Origin: an uncultured Actinomycetes bacterium
GTDB lineage: Bacteria > Actinomycetota > UBA4738 > HRBIN12
Length of the DNA stretch: 64,000 nucleotides
Reading direction: 5' to 3'
NCBI GenBank assembly: GCA_963823255.1
Contig: CAWGKU010000006.1
Coordinates: 57,904-121,903, forward strand
Shown: piece after piece, positions 19,461-29,688 of the stretch
How the letters are laid out: the number at the start of each line of letters is the position of its first letter
Position numbering within the stretch: the stretch's first letter is position 1
Translations under genes and position numbers: made by a program
Notes under the pieces: generated by a model
Database searches by the model: none
What the model was told of the DNA's origin: nothing
The model's input: the letters and a program-made list of their open reading frames with translations, nothing else

Positions 19461-19799
19461 GTGGACGCCAAGGACCTTCGAGATCTGGTGCGGTTCGACG
19501 AGGACGGGCCGCGTCACGAGGAGCTGTTCGAGTCCGAGCACCTGTGGTCCGAGATCGTCTGCCTCGAACGCAACCAGGCGCTCGGGACGATCGAGGACCG
19601 GGACTCGGACGCGCTCGTGCTGGTGGTGACCGGACGCGTCATCGTGCAGGTGAACCGGGGCCGCAAACGGCTCGGGCAGTGGGAGACGACGCTGGTCCCG
19701 GCCGGGTCCGAGCTCACGATCACGAACGCCACCGGCGACCCCGCCGTGGTCCTGCTCGTCGCCGCACCCCCGCCGCCGAAACGCGCGGTCAGCGAGTAG
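19461..19799 (+). CDS. small cupin-domain protein
   Basis: 112 aa two-motif cupin barrel; GTG 19461 sits 8 nt after TAGGCT. Confidence 0.5.
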   Translation: MDAKDLRDLVRFDEDGPRHEELFESEHLWSEIVCLERNQALGTIEDRDSDALVLVVTGRVIVQVNRGRKRLGQWETTLVPAGSELTITNATGDPAVVLLVAAPPPPKRAVSE

Positions 19800-21159
19800 C
19801 CCGCCGCGGCAAGAGCAGCGTCAGCGCGAAGGCGACCACGAAGCTGGGGATGCTCGCGCCCAGCGCCGAACCGAACAACGGGAACGGAAGCCCCACCGCG
19901 TCGAACACCCGGCCAACCGCGTCGATCCACCCCTGGGGCCCGGTGGGCACGCACCACTGGTAGACCACGAACCCGGCGGCCCAGGGCACGAACGCGAGCC
20001 ACCGGACGCCGCTCGGCTCGAACACCTCCGCCTCCCCGTACCGCCCACGGCTCCGAACGAAGTAGTCCGCGAGGAAGACAGCGGTGAGCGGCACGAAGAT
20101 CGAGCCGATCAGGAACAGGAACTGCTCGTAGCGTTCGGCGGTGAACGCGAGCGCGAGCAGGAACCCGAGCGCACCCACCGCGACCGCGAGCCCCCGCTGC
20201 GACACCTCGCTCGCCACGTTCTGCGTCGACACCGCGGCGGAGTAGATGTCGGCGAACGCGTTGTCGCTCTCCCCCACGAGCAGCGCCACCAGCACGACGC
20301 CGCCGCCGGCGACGCCCACGATCGCCGAGCCGATCCCGAGCGCGTCCGCGCTCGCCCCGGTCGCGAGCACCAGCAGCACGCCGAGCGCGTAGAACCACGC
20401 GTTGCCGGCCGCGTACCCGGCGTACGTGCCGAGGGTCGCGCGCGAACCGGGTCGCGCGAAGCGGTTGTAGTCGGCGGCGAGCGGGAGCCACGAGACCGGC
20501 ATCACGATCACCAGGTCGACGGCCAGCCAGAAGGGGAGCCCGCCGCTCCCCGCCGAGCCCCAGATGCCACCGGAGCCACGGAGGACCTCGACCGTGATCC
20601 ACAGGCCGGTGCCGAGCAACACGTAGATCCCGAAGCGCTCGAGCCACCGCCGAACGACAAGCACCGGGCCCCCCACCGCGAGCGCCGTGCACACGATCGC
20701 GACGACCGCGAGCCAGAACACCGGCGACTCGAACCCGAACAGCCGCGCCGACGCGACGTTAGCGACCTCGCCCATCGCCCAGAACTCGACGGCGGCCCAC
20801 CCGACGAGCTGCACGACGTTCAGCGCCGAGGGCAGGAACGAGCCTCGGGCGCCGAGCACGGGGCGGAGCAGCACCATCGTGGGGACGCCCTCGCGTTCGC
20901 CCGCGAGCGCCACGAGCGCGAGCGGGACGCATCCGATCAACGTGCCGATCCCGATCGCGAGGAACGCGCGCCCCGTCCCGAGCGCTGGGACGAGCAGCGC
21001 CCCCGTCACCATCACGAGCAGCCCGACCGACAGGTCGAACCACAGGACGGCGACGTCGAGCCCGCCCAGATCCCGGCGTTCGGGCGGGACAGGGCGGATG
21101 CCCCACGCGGGGGTCTCGCGCTGCAGGATCTTCTCGAGGCGTTCGGCGACGCGCGCCAC
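19789..21159 (-). CDS. NCS1-family (purine-cytosine / thiamine-precursor permease, CytX-like) transporter
   Basis: 12-TM pattern with NCS1-like segments. It lies directly downstream of a TPP riboswitch, which makes an HMP/thiamine-related substrate likely. Confidence 0.7.
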   Translation of the reverse strand: MARVAERLEKILQRETPAWGIRPVPPERRDLGGLDVAVLWFDLSVGLLVMVTGALLVPALGTGRAFLAIGIGTLIGCVPLALVALAGEREGVPTMVLLRPVLGARGSFLPSALNVVQLVGWAAVEFWAMGEVANVASARLFGFESPVFWLAVVAIVCTALAVGGPVLVVRRWLERFGIYVLLGTGLWITVEVLRGSGGIWGSAGSGGLPFWLAVDLVIVMPVSWLPLAADYNRFARPGSRATLGTYAGYAAGNAWFYALGVLLVLATGASADALGIGSAIVGVAGGGVVLVALLVGESDNAFADIYSAAVSTQNVASEVSQRGLAVAVGALGFLLALAFTAERYEQFLFLIGSIFVPLTAVFLADYFVRSRGRYGEAEVFEPSGVRWLAFVPWAAGFVVYQWCVPTGPQGWIDAVGRVFDAVGLPFPLFGSALGASIPSFVVAFALTLLLPRRATR

Positions 21160-21161
21160 GT

Positions 21162-21268
21162 TCGCTCCCTCCGCCGGTGTGACCCGGATCAGGTTCCAAG
21201 GGTCGCCGGCGGCGGTCCGCGTTGCGAACCCGAGCCGGCCTCTCAGCCCGGTTCCCCGGACTCCCCTG
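21162..21268 (-). promoter_or_regulatory. TPP (thiamine pyrophosphate) riboswitch, THI element
   Basis: Minus-strand read: GGGGAGTCCGGGGAACCGGGCTGAGAGGCCGG...GACCCTTGGAACCTGATCCGGGTCACACCGGCGGAGGGAGCGAAC-GTG. The conserved CUGAGA, ACCCUU-GAACCUGAUC-GGUNANACC-GCG-AGGGA blocks are all present. The 3' AGGGAG doubles as the SD of the permease, implying translational control. Confidence 0.75.
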
Positions 21269-21294
21269 CCCTCGGTTCGATGCTACCCGCCCGG

Positions 21295-21300
21295 TAGGAT
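21295..21300 (+). promoter_or_regulatory. -10 box TAGGAT 6 nt upstream of the GTG (leaderless)
   Basis: CCCGGTAGGAT-gcgcgc-GTG. Confidence 0.35.
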
Positions 21301-21306
21301 GCGCGC

Positions 21307-21819
21307 GTGATCCCACGCGACGAGGCCGCCCGGCTCCTGGAGGAGCAGCACGCCGAGGTGGCGGCGCTGTTCGCCGAGCTCGACGAGGACGCGTTCACGC
21401 TCCGCGGGACGATGGGCGGCGGCGAGTGGTCGGCCAAGGACCTCGCCGCGCACCTGGGGCTCTGGGAGGAGTTCGCGCTCGAGACGATCGACGAGTTCGG
21501 GCGTGGCGAGCGCCCCTCGATGGAGCGGCGCTACGAGTCCCAGACGGGTGATCAGCTGAACGACGAGGGTGTCGAGCGGTTCCTCCACGCGTCGACGCCG
21601 GACGTGATGACGCGCTTCGACGACCTGCACCGACGCCTGGTCTCCGCGATCGGATCGACGAGCGACGACGCGTGGAGCGCCGAGTACCCGTTCGACCCGG
21701 ACGACGCGACGCTCGGCGAGCGGATCGGCTCACTGCTCGGTTCGGACGAGGGCGGCGGTTTCACGCACGCGTCCGCCCACCTGGACGACCTGCGCGCCTA
21801 CGTCGCGACCACGCGCTGA
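21307..21819 (+). CDS. DinB/ClbS-like four-helix-bundle protein (DUF1706-like)
   Basis: GEWSAKDLAAHLGLWEEFALETI, about 170 aa. GTG start sits 6 nt after a TAGGAT box. Confidence 0.45.
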   Translation: MIPRDEAARLLEEQHAEVAALFAELDEDAFTLRGTMGGGEWSAKDLAAHLGLWEEFALETIDEFGRGERPSMERRYESQTGDQLNDEGVERFLHASTPDVMTRFDDLHRRLVSAIGSTSDDAWSAEYPFDPDDATLGERIGSLLGSDEGGGFTHASAHLDDLRAYVATTR

Positions 21820-22232
21820 AGGTTCGCCAGGCTGCCGCGCATCAGGCGGCGCATGAACGGCCGGTACACCAGCAGGGCGAGCTCGCCGAGCAGCGGGATC
21901 GGCAGCGAGAGCACCTCGGTCCACGTGAACCGCGTCGACCCGTCCACGGGTTCGAGCGACCAGGTCCCGATGCCGCGGACGAAGCTCCGGTGCGCCATCA
22001 CCATCCGGCGCGGCGGCTCCCACCCGACGACCTCGAGCTGCTCGGTGAACAGCGGCACGTGCAGGACGCGGTTCAGGACCTTGACCCGAGTGCCGATCCC
22101 GGCGCGTTCGGGCGTGAGGACGCGCACCCATACGGCGTCGCGGATCCACCGCGACTGGTCCTCCCAGCGTTCGAGCGACGACCAGACGCGATCGGGCGGC
22201 GCGGGCAGGTCCCGGGACGCCTCGACGCGCAT
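21798..22232 (-). CDS. SRPBCC family protein
   Basis: MRVEASRDLPAPPDRVWSSLERWEDQSRWIRDA...; ATG 22232 is 2 nt after the MFS stop. Confidence 0.55.
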   Translation of the reverse strand: MRVEASRDLPAPPDRVWSSLERWEDQSRWIRDAVWVRVLTPERAGIGTRVKVLNRVLHVPLFTEQLEVVGWEPPRRMVMAHRSFVRGIGTWSLEPVDGSTRFTWTEVLSLPIPLLGELALLVYRPFMRRLMRGSLANLQRVVAT

Positions 22233-22234
22233 CG

Positions 22235-23452
22235 CTAGAGCCCCGTCCCCTCGCTCGGCCGCCGCGCGTGCATCGTCTCGCGGATCGAGAGCACGAGCCC
22301 GAGCGCGACGACCGCGGGGATAGCGTTGATCAGGAACGACGCGCGGAACCCGAACGCCTGCGCCGACCACCCGGCGACCAGGGGCCCGATCACGAACCCG
22401 AGGTCGCCGACGAACCGGAACACCGCGACCGCCGACCCCTTGAGCTCCTCCGGCGTCACGTCCGAGAGCATCGGCGCGGGAGGAACGCCCGCGTACCCGC
22501 TCGCGACGCCGAGGAGCGCCATCGCGACCATGAAGCCGATCGACGAGGTGACGAACCCGAACGCGGCCGTGATCAGCGCGAGGCCGGCGAGCGCCGGGAT
22601 CAGCACTGCCCGGCGGCCGCGCCGGTCGGTCGCGTGGCCCGCGGGGTACAGCACGGCGAGCTCGGTCGCCGTGGCGATCGCGAGCCCGATCCCCACGCCG
22701 CCGATCGTGAGCCCGACCAGATCGCTCGTCCCGAACAGCGGGACCAGCGTGCTGAAGATCGCGCCGATCATCCACAGGTAGACGCCGTTCACGACGAGCA
22801 CGGTCACGAACGCGCGGTTCCACGGCAGCCGGCGGATGCCGCCGCGTCGGACCTCGGACTCGTGGCGTTCGGGGTTGCGGATCGTCCGCCAGAACAGCAC
22901 GGCCGCGACGAAGCACGCGCCCGCGTAGATGTAGAGCGGGCTCGCCAGGCCGAACCACTTCGCCATCAGCCCGCCGAGCGGGCCGCCCGCGATGAAGCCG
23001 ATGTTGAACGACGCGTAGTACACGCTCATCACGCGTCCGGTCTGTCGTGACGGGATCGACCGCAGCAGGAACGAGAGCAGCGACGCGAAGAACAGCGCCG
23101 AGCCCACGCCGCCGAGCGCTCGGAACAGCACGAGCAGCGGGAACGTGGGGGCGAACGCCGCCGCGAACGACGACACACCGACCCACACGGCGCCGAGCGT
23201 CGACATCGCGCGTTCGCCGTAGCGGTCGATGTAGCGGCCGACGAACGGATCGGATAGCAGCCGCGCGAACGCGAACGACGAGATCAGCAGACCGATCGAG
23301 TCGTAGCCGACGCCGAAGCTCCGGGCGTAGTTCGGCAGGACCGGCGAGAGGATGCCGTACCCGAGCATGACCACGAACGTCCCGAGCATCGCGGCTCGGA
23401 TCTCGGGGATCCGGAGCACGTCCTGGATGCGGAATCGCTCCGCCTCGCTCAT
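22235..23452 (-). CDS. MFS transporter
   Basis: 12 TM helices with an MFS motif-A-like region ...GRYIDRYGER.... Confidence 0.7.
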   Translation of the reverse strand: MSEAERFRIQDVLRIPEIRAAMLGTFVVMLGYGILSPVLPNYARSFGVGYDSIGLLISSFAFARLLSDPFVGRYIDRYGERAMSTLGAVWVGVSSFAAAFAPTFPLLVLFRALGGVGSALFFASLLSFLLRSIPSRQTGRVMSVYYASFNIGFIAGGPLGGLMAKWFGLASPLYIYAGACFVAAVLFWRTIRNPERHESEVRRGGIRRLPWNRAFVTVLVVNGVYLWMIGAIFSTLVPLFGTSDLVGLTIGGVGIGLAIATATELAVLYPAGHATDRRGRRAVLIPALAGLALITAAFGFVTSSIGFMVAMALLGVASGYAGVPPAPMLSDVTPEELKGSAVAVFRFVGDLGFVIGPLVAGWSAQAFGFRASFLINAIPAVVALGLVLSIRETMHARRPSEGTGL

Positions 23453-23502
23453 GGCGGCACAGTCTACGGACGCGTTTGCGCAGCACCCGTCGCTGCTCTT
23501 TC

Positions 23503-24738
23503 ATGGCCGTCATGGCTCCCACCGCACGAGGCGCGATCGCCGCGACCAGCCTCGCCATGCCGTCGGCGGACCACGCGATGGTCCGCGGCGACGGAGCGTG
23601 GCCGAAGGAGTCCGCCGAACAGGCGGTGGCCTGGGAGGACGGCGTCATCACGTACGTCGGTCCGGCAGACGGACTCACGGACGTCGAGCCCGAGTGGTTC
23701 GAAGGCTGCACGATCGCGCCGGGGTTCGTCGACTGCCACACGCACCTGCCGTTCGCCGGGTGGCGCGCGGACGAGTTCGAGGCGCGTCTGTCGGGGGTCT
23801 CGTACCGCGAGCTGCACGGCGAGGGCGGGATCTACCGGAGCGCGCGGATGCTCGCCGAGGCGAACGACGACGAGGTGCTCGCGTTCTCCCGTTCGCTCGT
23901 GCAGGAGATGGCCGAGCACGGCACGACGGCCCTCGAGCTCAAGACCGGCTACGGCCTCTCCGTCGAGGCCGAGCTCCGTCAGGCTCGCCTCGCCCGCCGG
24001 CTCGCGCAGGAGGCGCCGCAGACCTGTTCGGTCACGCTGCTCGCGTGCCACGCGGTGCCCGAGGGGATGCAGCGCGCCGACTGGGTCCGAACGGTGTGCG
24101 ACGAGCTGATCCCGGCCGCGGCGAGCGAGGGCCTGGTCGACGCGGTCGACGTCTACGTGGAGGACATCGCGTTCACGGTCGACGACCTCGCCGAGGTCGC
24201 GCGGTCCGCCTCGGAGGCCGGACTGCCGCTCCACTGCCACGCCGACCAGCTGGGGCCCTCGGGCGCCGCCGAGGCCGCGGTCGCGCTCGGGGCGCGGAGC
24301 GCGGACCACCTGAACCACGTCTCGGCGACCGGGATCGCGGCGCTCGGCGGTGCGCCTGCGACCGTCGCCGTGCTGCTGCCGACCTCGACGCTGTTCCTGG
24401 GCTCCTCGCCGCCGGACGCCCGCGGACTGCTCGACGCCGGCGCGGCGGTGGCGATCGCCAGCGACTTCAACCCGGGGACCTCGCCGGTGGTCTCGATGCC
24501 CCAGGTGATCGCGACCGCGTGTTCGCTCTACGGGCTCCGGCCGCTCGAGGCGCTCGCGGCGGCGACCGTGAACGCGGCGGCGGCGCTCGGTCTCGCCGGG
24601 CGCGGTACCCTGGCGCCCGGCAGGCCCGCCGACCTCGTGGTCCTCGATGGCGACGCCTTCCGGATGGTGCCGTACCGGCCCGGACACAACCCGGTCGTGC
24701 GGACGTTCGTCGACGGCGAAAGGGTGGGAGGACGTTGA
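23503..24738 (+). CDS. hutI: imidazolonepropionase; start uncertain (23503-23578)
   Basis: Metal-dependent hydrolase signature GFVDCHTHLPFAGWRADEF...HCHADQLG...DFNPGTSP; end ...VVLDGD matches HutI. Confidence 0.8.
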   Translation: MAVMAPTARGAIAATSLAMPSADHAMVRGDGAWPKESAEQAVAWEDGVITYVGPADGLTDVEPEWFEGCTIAPGFVDCHTHLPFAGWRADEFEARLSGVSYRELHGEGGIYRSARMLAEANDDEVLAFSRSLVQEMAEHGTTALELKTGYGLSVEAELRQARLARRLAQEAPQTCSVTLLACHAVPEGMQRADWVRTVCDELIPAAASEGLVDAVDVYVEDIAFTVDDLAEVARSASEAGLPLHCHADQLGPSGAAEAAVALGARSADHLNHVSATGIAALGGAPATVAVLLPTSTLFLGSSPPDARGLLDAGAAVAIASDFNPGTSPVVSMPQVIATACSLYGLRPLEALAAATVNAAAALGLAGRGTLAPGRPADLVVLDGDAFRMVPYRPGHNPVVRTFVDGERVGGR

Positions 24739-25886
24739 AGAGGTTCGCCGCGCTGCTTGCCGTGGTTGCCGTCGTGCTGCTCCTCGCGGCTCCGGCGTCC
24801 GCGCAGACGACGCTGACGCTATCGGCCGACGCCGGGAAGATCGAGTTCGGTCAAGGGGTTTCGCTCTCCGGAACCGCGTCCGCCGCCGGGGCGGGCACGA
24901 CGATCGACATCAGGAACGGCGCGGGTGCCTCGATCGCCTCAGCCACGACCGACGCGGCCGGTGCGTTCTCGGCCGAGATCCACCCCCAGGGATCCGACAC
25001 CTACGTCGCGGTGCTCGGCGACGCGTCGAGCGAACCCGTGACGGTCCAGGTCCGCGCCGTGCTTTCGGCTCGGATGGGGCAGGTCCGGCTGTTCGATCAC
25101 GTCGTGGTCCGCGGCACCGTCGGTCCCGCGCGTCCTGGTTCGAGCGTCGTGGTCGAGCTGATCAAGGCCGGCAAGACCGTCCAACAGCACCACGCGACGA
25201 TGGGCGCCGCCGGCGGGTTCCGCGAGCGGTTCACGATCGAGACACCCGGCACCTACCGGGCGCACGCCTCATTCTCCGCGTCGGACCTGCTCGAAGGCGA
25301 TGCGAAGACCGGCGCCGGCGCCACGCCGCTCCCCCATCTGTCGTCGGGTTCGACAGGTGGGTTCGTCAAGCTGCTCGAGGGCCGGCTCGTCGACCTCCAT
25401 TACCGGCTCGCCGGGACGAAGGACGGCCGGTACGACTTCCGAACCGCCGACGCGGTCGTCGCGTTCCACAAGGTGCAGGGGATGACGCGTTCGTACTCGG
25501 TGAGCGAGGCCACGTGGCGCAGGCTCGCCCACCCGAGGATGCCGCACGCCGTGCACGACTGGCACGGCTTCCACTTCGAGGTGGACCAGACGCGGCAGGT
25601 CCTGTACACCGTCGAGGACGGCGACATCACGAACGTCCTCCACGTCTCGACGGGCGCCGGCGGGGCGACGCACGACGGCACCTTCCGCGTGTTCAGCAAG
25701 CTCGCAGGCTTCAGCCCGCACCACCTGTACTACCCGAGCTTCTTCGACGGCGAGCGGGCGCTCCACGGCTGGACCGAGATCCCGACCTACGCGGCGAGCC
25801 ATGGCTGCGTTCGGATCCCGTACTGGAACGCCAAGTGGGTCTACGCGCTCGCCGACTACGGCGTGCGCGTCGTGATCTATCACTGA
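24735..25886 (+). CDS. secreted L,D-transpeptidase (YkuD domain) with N-terminal Ig-like domains
   Basis: TTG 24735 sits 3-4 nt after GGGAGG and overlaps the hutI stop. Signal peptide AAPASAQT. Catalytic HGWTEIPTYAASHGCVRIP. Confidence 0.6.
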   Translation: MKRFAALLAVVAVVLLLAAPASAQTTLTLSADAGKIEFGQGVSLSGTASAAGAGTTIDIRNGAGASIASATTDAAGAFSAEIHPQGSDTYVAVLGDASSEPVTVQVRAVLSARMGQVRLFDHVVVRGTVGPARPGSSVVVELIKAGKTVQQHHATMGAAGGFRERFTIETPGTYRAHASFSASDLLEGDAKTGAGATPLPHLSSGSTGGFVKLLEGRLVDLHYRLAGTKDGRYDFRTADAVVAFHKVQGMTRSYSVSEATWRRLAHPRMPHAVHDWHGFHFEVDQTRQVLYTVEDGDITNVLHVSTGAGGATHDGTFRVFSKLAGFSPHHLYYPSFFDGERALHGWTEIPTYAASHGCVRIPYWNAKWVYALADYGVRVVIYH

Positions 25887-25901
25887 GCGCCCCGAACGCG
25901 G

Positions 25902-27428
25902 TCAGATCAGCGAGCGCTGGGACCCTTCCACCGACTCGAGCAACGCACCACTGCGAACGAGCTCGACGGTCGCGGCGATGTCCGGCCCGAGCTCCCGATC
26001 AGCGTTGAGGAACGCCACTCGCGCTCGGATCGCGTCGCGAGCCGCACCCGTCCCCGCCGCCGGTTCGAGCGGTGCGCGGAGGTCGAGCGCCTGAGCCGCG
26101 ACGAGCGCCTCGAGCGCGATCACGACCTCGGCGTTCGAGACCACCTCGCGCGCGTGGCGCGCCGCCGTCATCCCCATGCTCACGTGGTCTTCCTGCCCCG
26201 CGCTCGAACCGATCGAGTCCACCGAGGCGGGGTGCGCGAGCGACTTGCATTCGGACACGAGGCTCGCCGCCGTGTACTGCACGAGCATGAAGCCCGAGTT
26301 CAGGCCGCTGTCGGCAACCAGGAACGCCGGTAGCCCGTTGTTGCGCGTGGGGTCGAGCAGCCGGTAGAGCCGGCGCTCGGCGATGCTCGCCAGCGGCACC
26401 AGCGCCGTCGCGAGCGCGTCGAGCGCGACCGCGACCGGCTGGCCGTGGAAGTTCCCGCCCGAGAGCACCTCGTCGTCGTCGGGGAACACGATCGGGTTGT
26501 CCGAGACCGCGTTCGCCTCGACCTCGAGGACGCCGCGGACGAACCGAAGCACCTCGCGGGTCGCGCCGTTCACCTGCGGCGAGCAGCGGAGCGAGTACGC
26601 GTCCTGCACGAGGTGGGTGCTGTCGCGGTGCGAGGCGACGATCGGGCTTCCCTCGAGCAGCCGCACGAGGTTCGACGCGGAGGCGACCACGCCCGGGTGG
26701 GGTCGCAACGCCGTGAGCCGCTGGTCGAACACGCGATCCGAGCCGAGCGCGGCCTCGACGCTCATCGCGGCCGTGACGTCGGCGGTCCGGACGAGTCGTT
26801 CGGCGCGCGAGAGAGCGAGGATCCCGATCGCGAGCATCCCCTGCGTCCCGTTGACGAGCGCGAGCCCCTCCTTCGCCTTGAGCTCGAGCGGCTCGAGCCC
26901 GGCCGAGCGCAGGACGTCACCCGCGGGCCGAGCCTCGCCATCCACCAGCAGCTCGCCGCGGCCGACGAGCGGGAGCGCGAGGTTCGCGAGCGGCGCCAGG
27001 TCGCCGGACGCGCCGAGCGAGCCCTGTTCGGGCACGACGGGGATCAGGCCCCGGTTCAGCATCTCGATCATCCGCTCGACGAGTTCGGCTCGAACACCCG
27101 AATGTCCGAGCGCGAGCACGTGCGCGCGGAGCAGCAGCATCGCGCGAGCCTCCTCGCGCGAGAGCGGCGGTCCGACGGCCGTCGCATGCGAGCGCACGAT
27201 CCCGAGCTGGAGGGCGTCGGCCTGGTCGGGTTCGATGCGCTGGTTCGCGAGCGAGCCGAACCCGGTCGTCACGCCGTAGACGGTCTCGTTGGACGCTACG
27301 GCGCGTTCGATCACGTCGCGCGCGGCGCCGATCCTGCCCGAGGCGGCCGAACCGAGCTCGACCTCGGCGCCGAGGGCCACCTCGACGACGTCCTCGAGCG
27401 CGAGCGGCTCCCCGACCCGGATCGGCAC
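25902..27428 (-). CDS. hutH: histidine ammonia-lyase
   Basis: GSLGASGDLAPLA, the MIO-forming Ala-Ser-Gly motif; 508 aa. Confidence 0.85.
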   Translation of the reverse strand: MPIRVGEPLALEDVVEVALGAEVELGSAASGRIGAARDVIERAVASNETVYGVTTGFGSLANQRIEPDQADALQLGIVRSHATAVGPPLSREEARAMLLLRAHVLALGHSGVRAELVERMIEMLNRGLIPVVPEQGSLGASGDLAPLANLALPLVGRGELLVDGEARPAGDVLRSAGLEPLELKAKEGLALVNGTQGMLAIGILALSRAERLVRTADVTAAMSVEAALGSDRVFDQRLTALRPHPGVVASASNLVRLLEGSPIVASHRDSTHLVQDAYSLRCSPQVNGATREVLRFVRGVLEVEANAVSDNPIVFPDDDEVLSGGNFHGQPVAVALDALATALVPLASIAERRLYRLLDPTRNNGLPAFLVADSGLNSGFMLVQYTAASLVSECKSLAHPASVDSIGSSAGQEDHVSMGMTAARHAREVVSNAEVVIALEALVAAQALDLRAPLEPAAGTGAARDAIRARVAFLNADRELGPDIAATVELVRSGALLESVEGSQRSLI

Positions 27429-27493
27429 GGCGCAAGGCTACGGAGGGCGCCCACCGGCGGCAAGCCGCGACCCGGTCGTACGCTGGGCACAGA

Positions 27494-27994
27494 ATGTCGA
27501 GCCCGTGGGACGACCTCGAACCGAGCGCGACGCAGGGGCGCGCCGAGCCCCCGCCGGGCCACCCCGCCCCGGAGCACCGGACGCCGAGCGGGGTGACCGT
27601 CTTCCTGCGTGGAGCCACCAAGCGCTGTCCCCGGTGCGGCGCGCGGAAGCTGTTCAAGAGCTGGTTCAAGATCCGCGAGCGGTGCCCCCGGTGTGGCCTG
27701 CGACTCGAACGCGAGGAGGGCGGGTTCCTCGGCGCGATGACGCTGAACTACCTGTTCACGGCGGTCGTCTGGCTCGTCGTGCTCGTGGTGTGGCTCGCGA
27801 TGGACCTCCCCGACCTGCACGTACCGGCGCTCACGATCACCTCGATCGCGATCGCGGCCCTCGTGCCCCTGTTGTTCTGGCCGTTCTCGAAGACGATCTG
27901 GGCGAGCGTCGACTTCCTGATCTACCGGACGAGCCCCGACTACGGATCACGGGAGGCCGCCGACCGCTCGAGCGGCAACGGCGGCCGTCACTGA
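27494..27994 (+). CDS. DUF983-like zinc-ribbon membrane protein
   Basis: CPRCGARKLF...CPRCGLRLEREEG followed by two TM helices. Confidence 0.5.
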   Translation: MSSPWDDLEPSATQGRAEPPPGHPAPEHRTPSGVTVFLRGATKRCPRCGARKLFKSWFKIRERCPRCGLRLEREEGGFLGAMTLNYLFTAVVWLVVLVVWLAMDLPDLHVPALTITSIAIAALVPLLFWPFSKTIWASVDFLIYRTSPDYGSREAADRSSGNGGRH

Positions 27995-27995
27995 C

Positions 27996-29654
27996 CTACT
28001 CGCGCCAGGGCAGCCGGATGCCGCGATCGGAAGCGACCGCGAGCGCCTCCTCGTAGCCCGCGTCGGCGTGCCGCATCACGCCGGTCCCGGGGTCGGTCGT
28101 CAGGACGCGTTCGAGCCGCGCTGCGGCGTTCTCGCTGCCGTCGGCGACCACGACCATCCCGGCGTGGATCGAGTACCCGATCCCGACGCCGCCGCCGTGG
28201 TGCACGCTGACCCAGTGCGCGCCGGCCGCGGTGTTCACGAGGGCGTTCAGGATCGGCCAGTCCGCGATCGCGTCCGAACCGTCCTTCATCGCCTCGGTCT
28301 CGCGGTACGGGCTCGCGACGCTGCCGCTGTCGAGATGGTCGCGTCCGATCACGATCGGCGCCGAGAGCTCGCCTGACGCCACCATCTCGTTGAAGCGCAA
28401 GCCGGCCTTCGCGCGCTGGCCGTAGCCGAGCCAGCAGATCCGCGCCGGCAGCCCCTGGAACGCGACGCGCTCCTCGGCCATCTCGAGCCAACGGTGGAGC
28501 CGTTCGTCGTCGGGGAAGAGCTCGGCGACCGCGCGGTCGGTCTTCGCGATGTCCTCGGGGTCGCCCGAGAGCGCGGCCCAGCGGAACGGGCCCTTGCCCT
28601 CGCAGAACATCGGGCGCACGAACGCCGGCACGAACCCCGGATACGCGTACGCGCGCTCGTGGGCGAGCCCACCGGTCTCGGCGCCGGCCCGCAGGTTGTT
28701 GCCGTAGTCGAACACCACCGAGCCGCCGTCCAGGAACCCCACCATCGCCTCGACGTGCCGCGCCATCGACGCGAACGAACGCCGTTCGTACTCGGCGGGA
28801 TCGTCCTCCCGCAGCCGAGCGGCCTCCTCGACCGTCAGCCCGGCCGGCACGTACCCACCGAGCGGGTCGTGCGCGCTCGTCTGATCGGTCACGAGTTCGG
28901 GCGCGAACCCGCGCGCGAGCAGCTCGGGCAGGACCTCGGCGCAATTGCCGACGAGCCCGATCGAGACCGCCTCGCGGGACGAACGCGCCTCGTCCACCCA
29001 CCGCAGCGCCTCCTCGAGATCGTCGCTCTCGCGATCGAGGTACCGCGTCTTGATGCGCCGTTCGATGCGCGCCGGGTCGATCTCGACGCACAGGGCGACG
29101 CCCCCGTTCATCGTCACGGCGAGCGGTTGCGCGCCGCCCATCCCGCCGAGACCGCCGGTGAGCGTCACGGTCCCGGCGAGCGACCCGCCGAACCGCTGCG
29201 TCGCGGCCTCGGCGAAGGTCTCGTACGTCCCCTGCAGGATCCCCTGGGTCCCGATGTAGATCCACGAGCCCGCGGTCATCTGGCCGTACATCGTGAGTCC
29301 GGCGTGCTCGAGCTCGCGGAACGTGTCCCACGTCGCCCACTTCGGCACGAGCATCGAGTTCGAGATCAAGACGCGCGGCGCCATCTCGTGGGTCCGGAAC
29401 ACGCCGACCGGCTTGCCCGACTGCACGAGCATCGTCTCGTCGTCGCCGAGGGTTCGGAGCGTCCGCACGATCGCGTCGTACGCGTCCCACGACCGCGCCG
29501 CCTTCCCCGTCCCGCCGTACACGACGAGGTCCTGGGGGCGTTCGGCGACGTCGGGGTCGAGGTTGTTCATGAGCATCCGCAACGCGGCCTCCTGGGGCCA
29601 CGACCGGCACGAGAGCTCGGTGCCGCGGGGTGCCCGGATCTCGCGCGCGCTCAC
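27996..29654 (-). CDS. hutU: urocanate hydratase
   Basis: [31 protein letters not shown]...[10 protein letters not shown]; 552 aa. Confidence 0.85.
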   Translation of the reverse strand: MSAREIRAPRGTELSCRSWPQEAALRMLMNNLDPDVAERPQDLVVYGGTGKAARSWDAYDAIVRTLRTLGDDETMLVQSGKPVGVFRTHEMAPRVLISNSMLVPKWATWDTFRELEHAGLTMYGQMTAGSWIYIGTQGILQGTYETFAEAATQRFGGSLAGTVTLTGGLGGMGGAQPLAVTMNGGVALCVEIDPARIERRIKTRYLDRESDDLEEALRWVDEARSSREAVSIGLVGNCAEVLPELLARGFAPELVTDQTSAHDPLGGYVPAGLTVEEAARLREDDPAEYERRSFASMARHVEAMVGFLDGGSVVFDYGNNLRAGAETGGLAHERAYAYPGFVPAFVRPMFCEGKGPFRWAALSGDPEDIAKTDRAVAELFPDDERLHRWLEMAEERVAFQGLPARICWLGYGQRAKAGLRFNEMVASGELSAPIVIGRDHLDSGSVASPYRETEAMKDGSDAIADWPILNALVNTAAGAHWVSVHHGGGVGIGYSIHAGMVVVADGSENAAARLERVLTTDPGTGVMRHADAGYEEALAVASDRGIRLPWRE

Positions 29655-29688
29655 GCTCGCGATGATAGGACGGGACGTGCGAGGTGGC

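Noticed and set aside
21798-23741. 647-aa minus ORF
   Set aside because: Only the last 144 aa (the SRPBCC gene, 21798..22232) is real. The rest is an out-of-frame read-through across the MFS gene.
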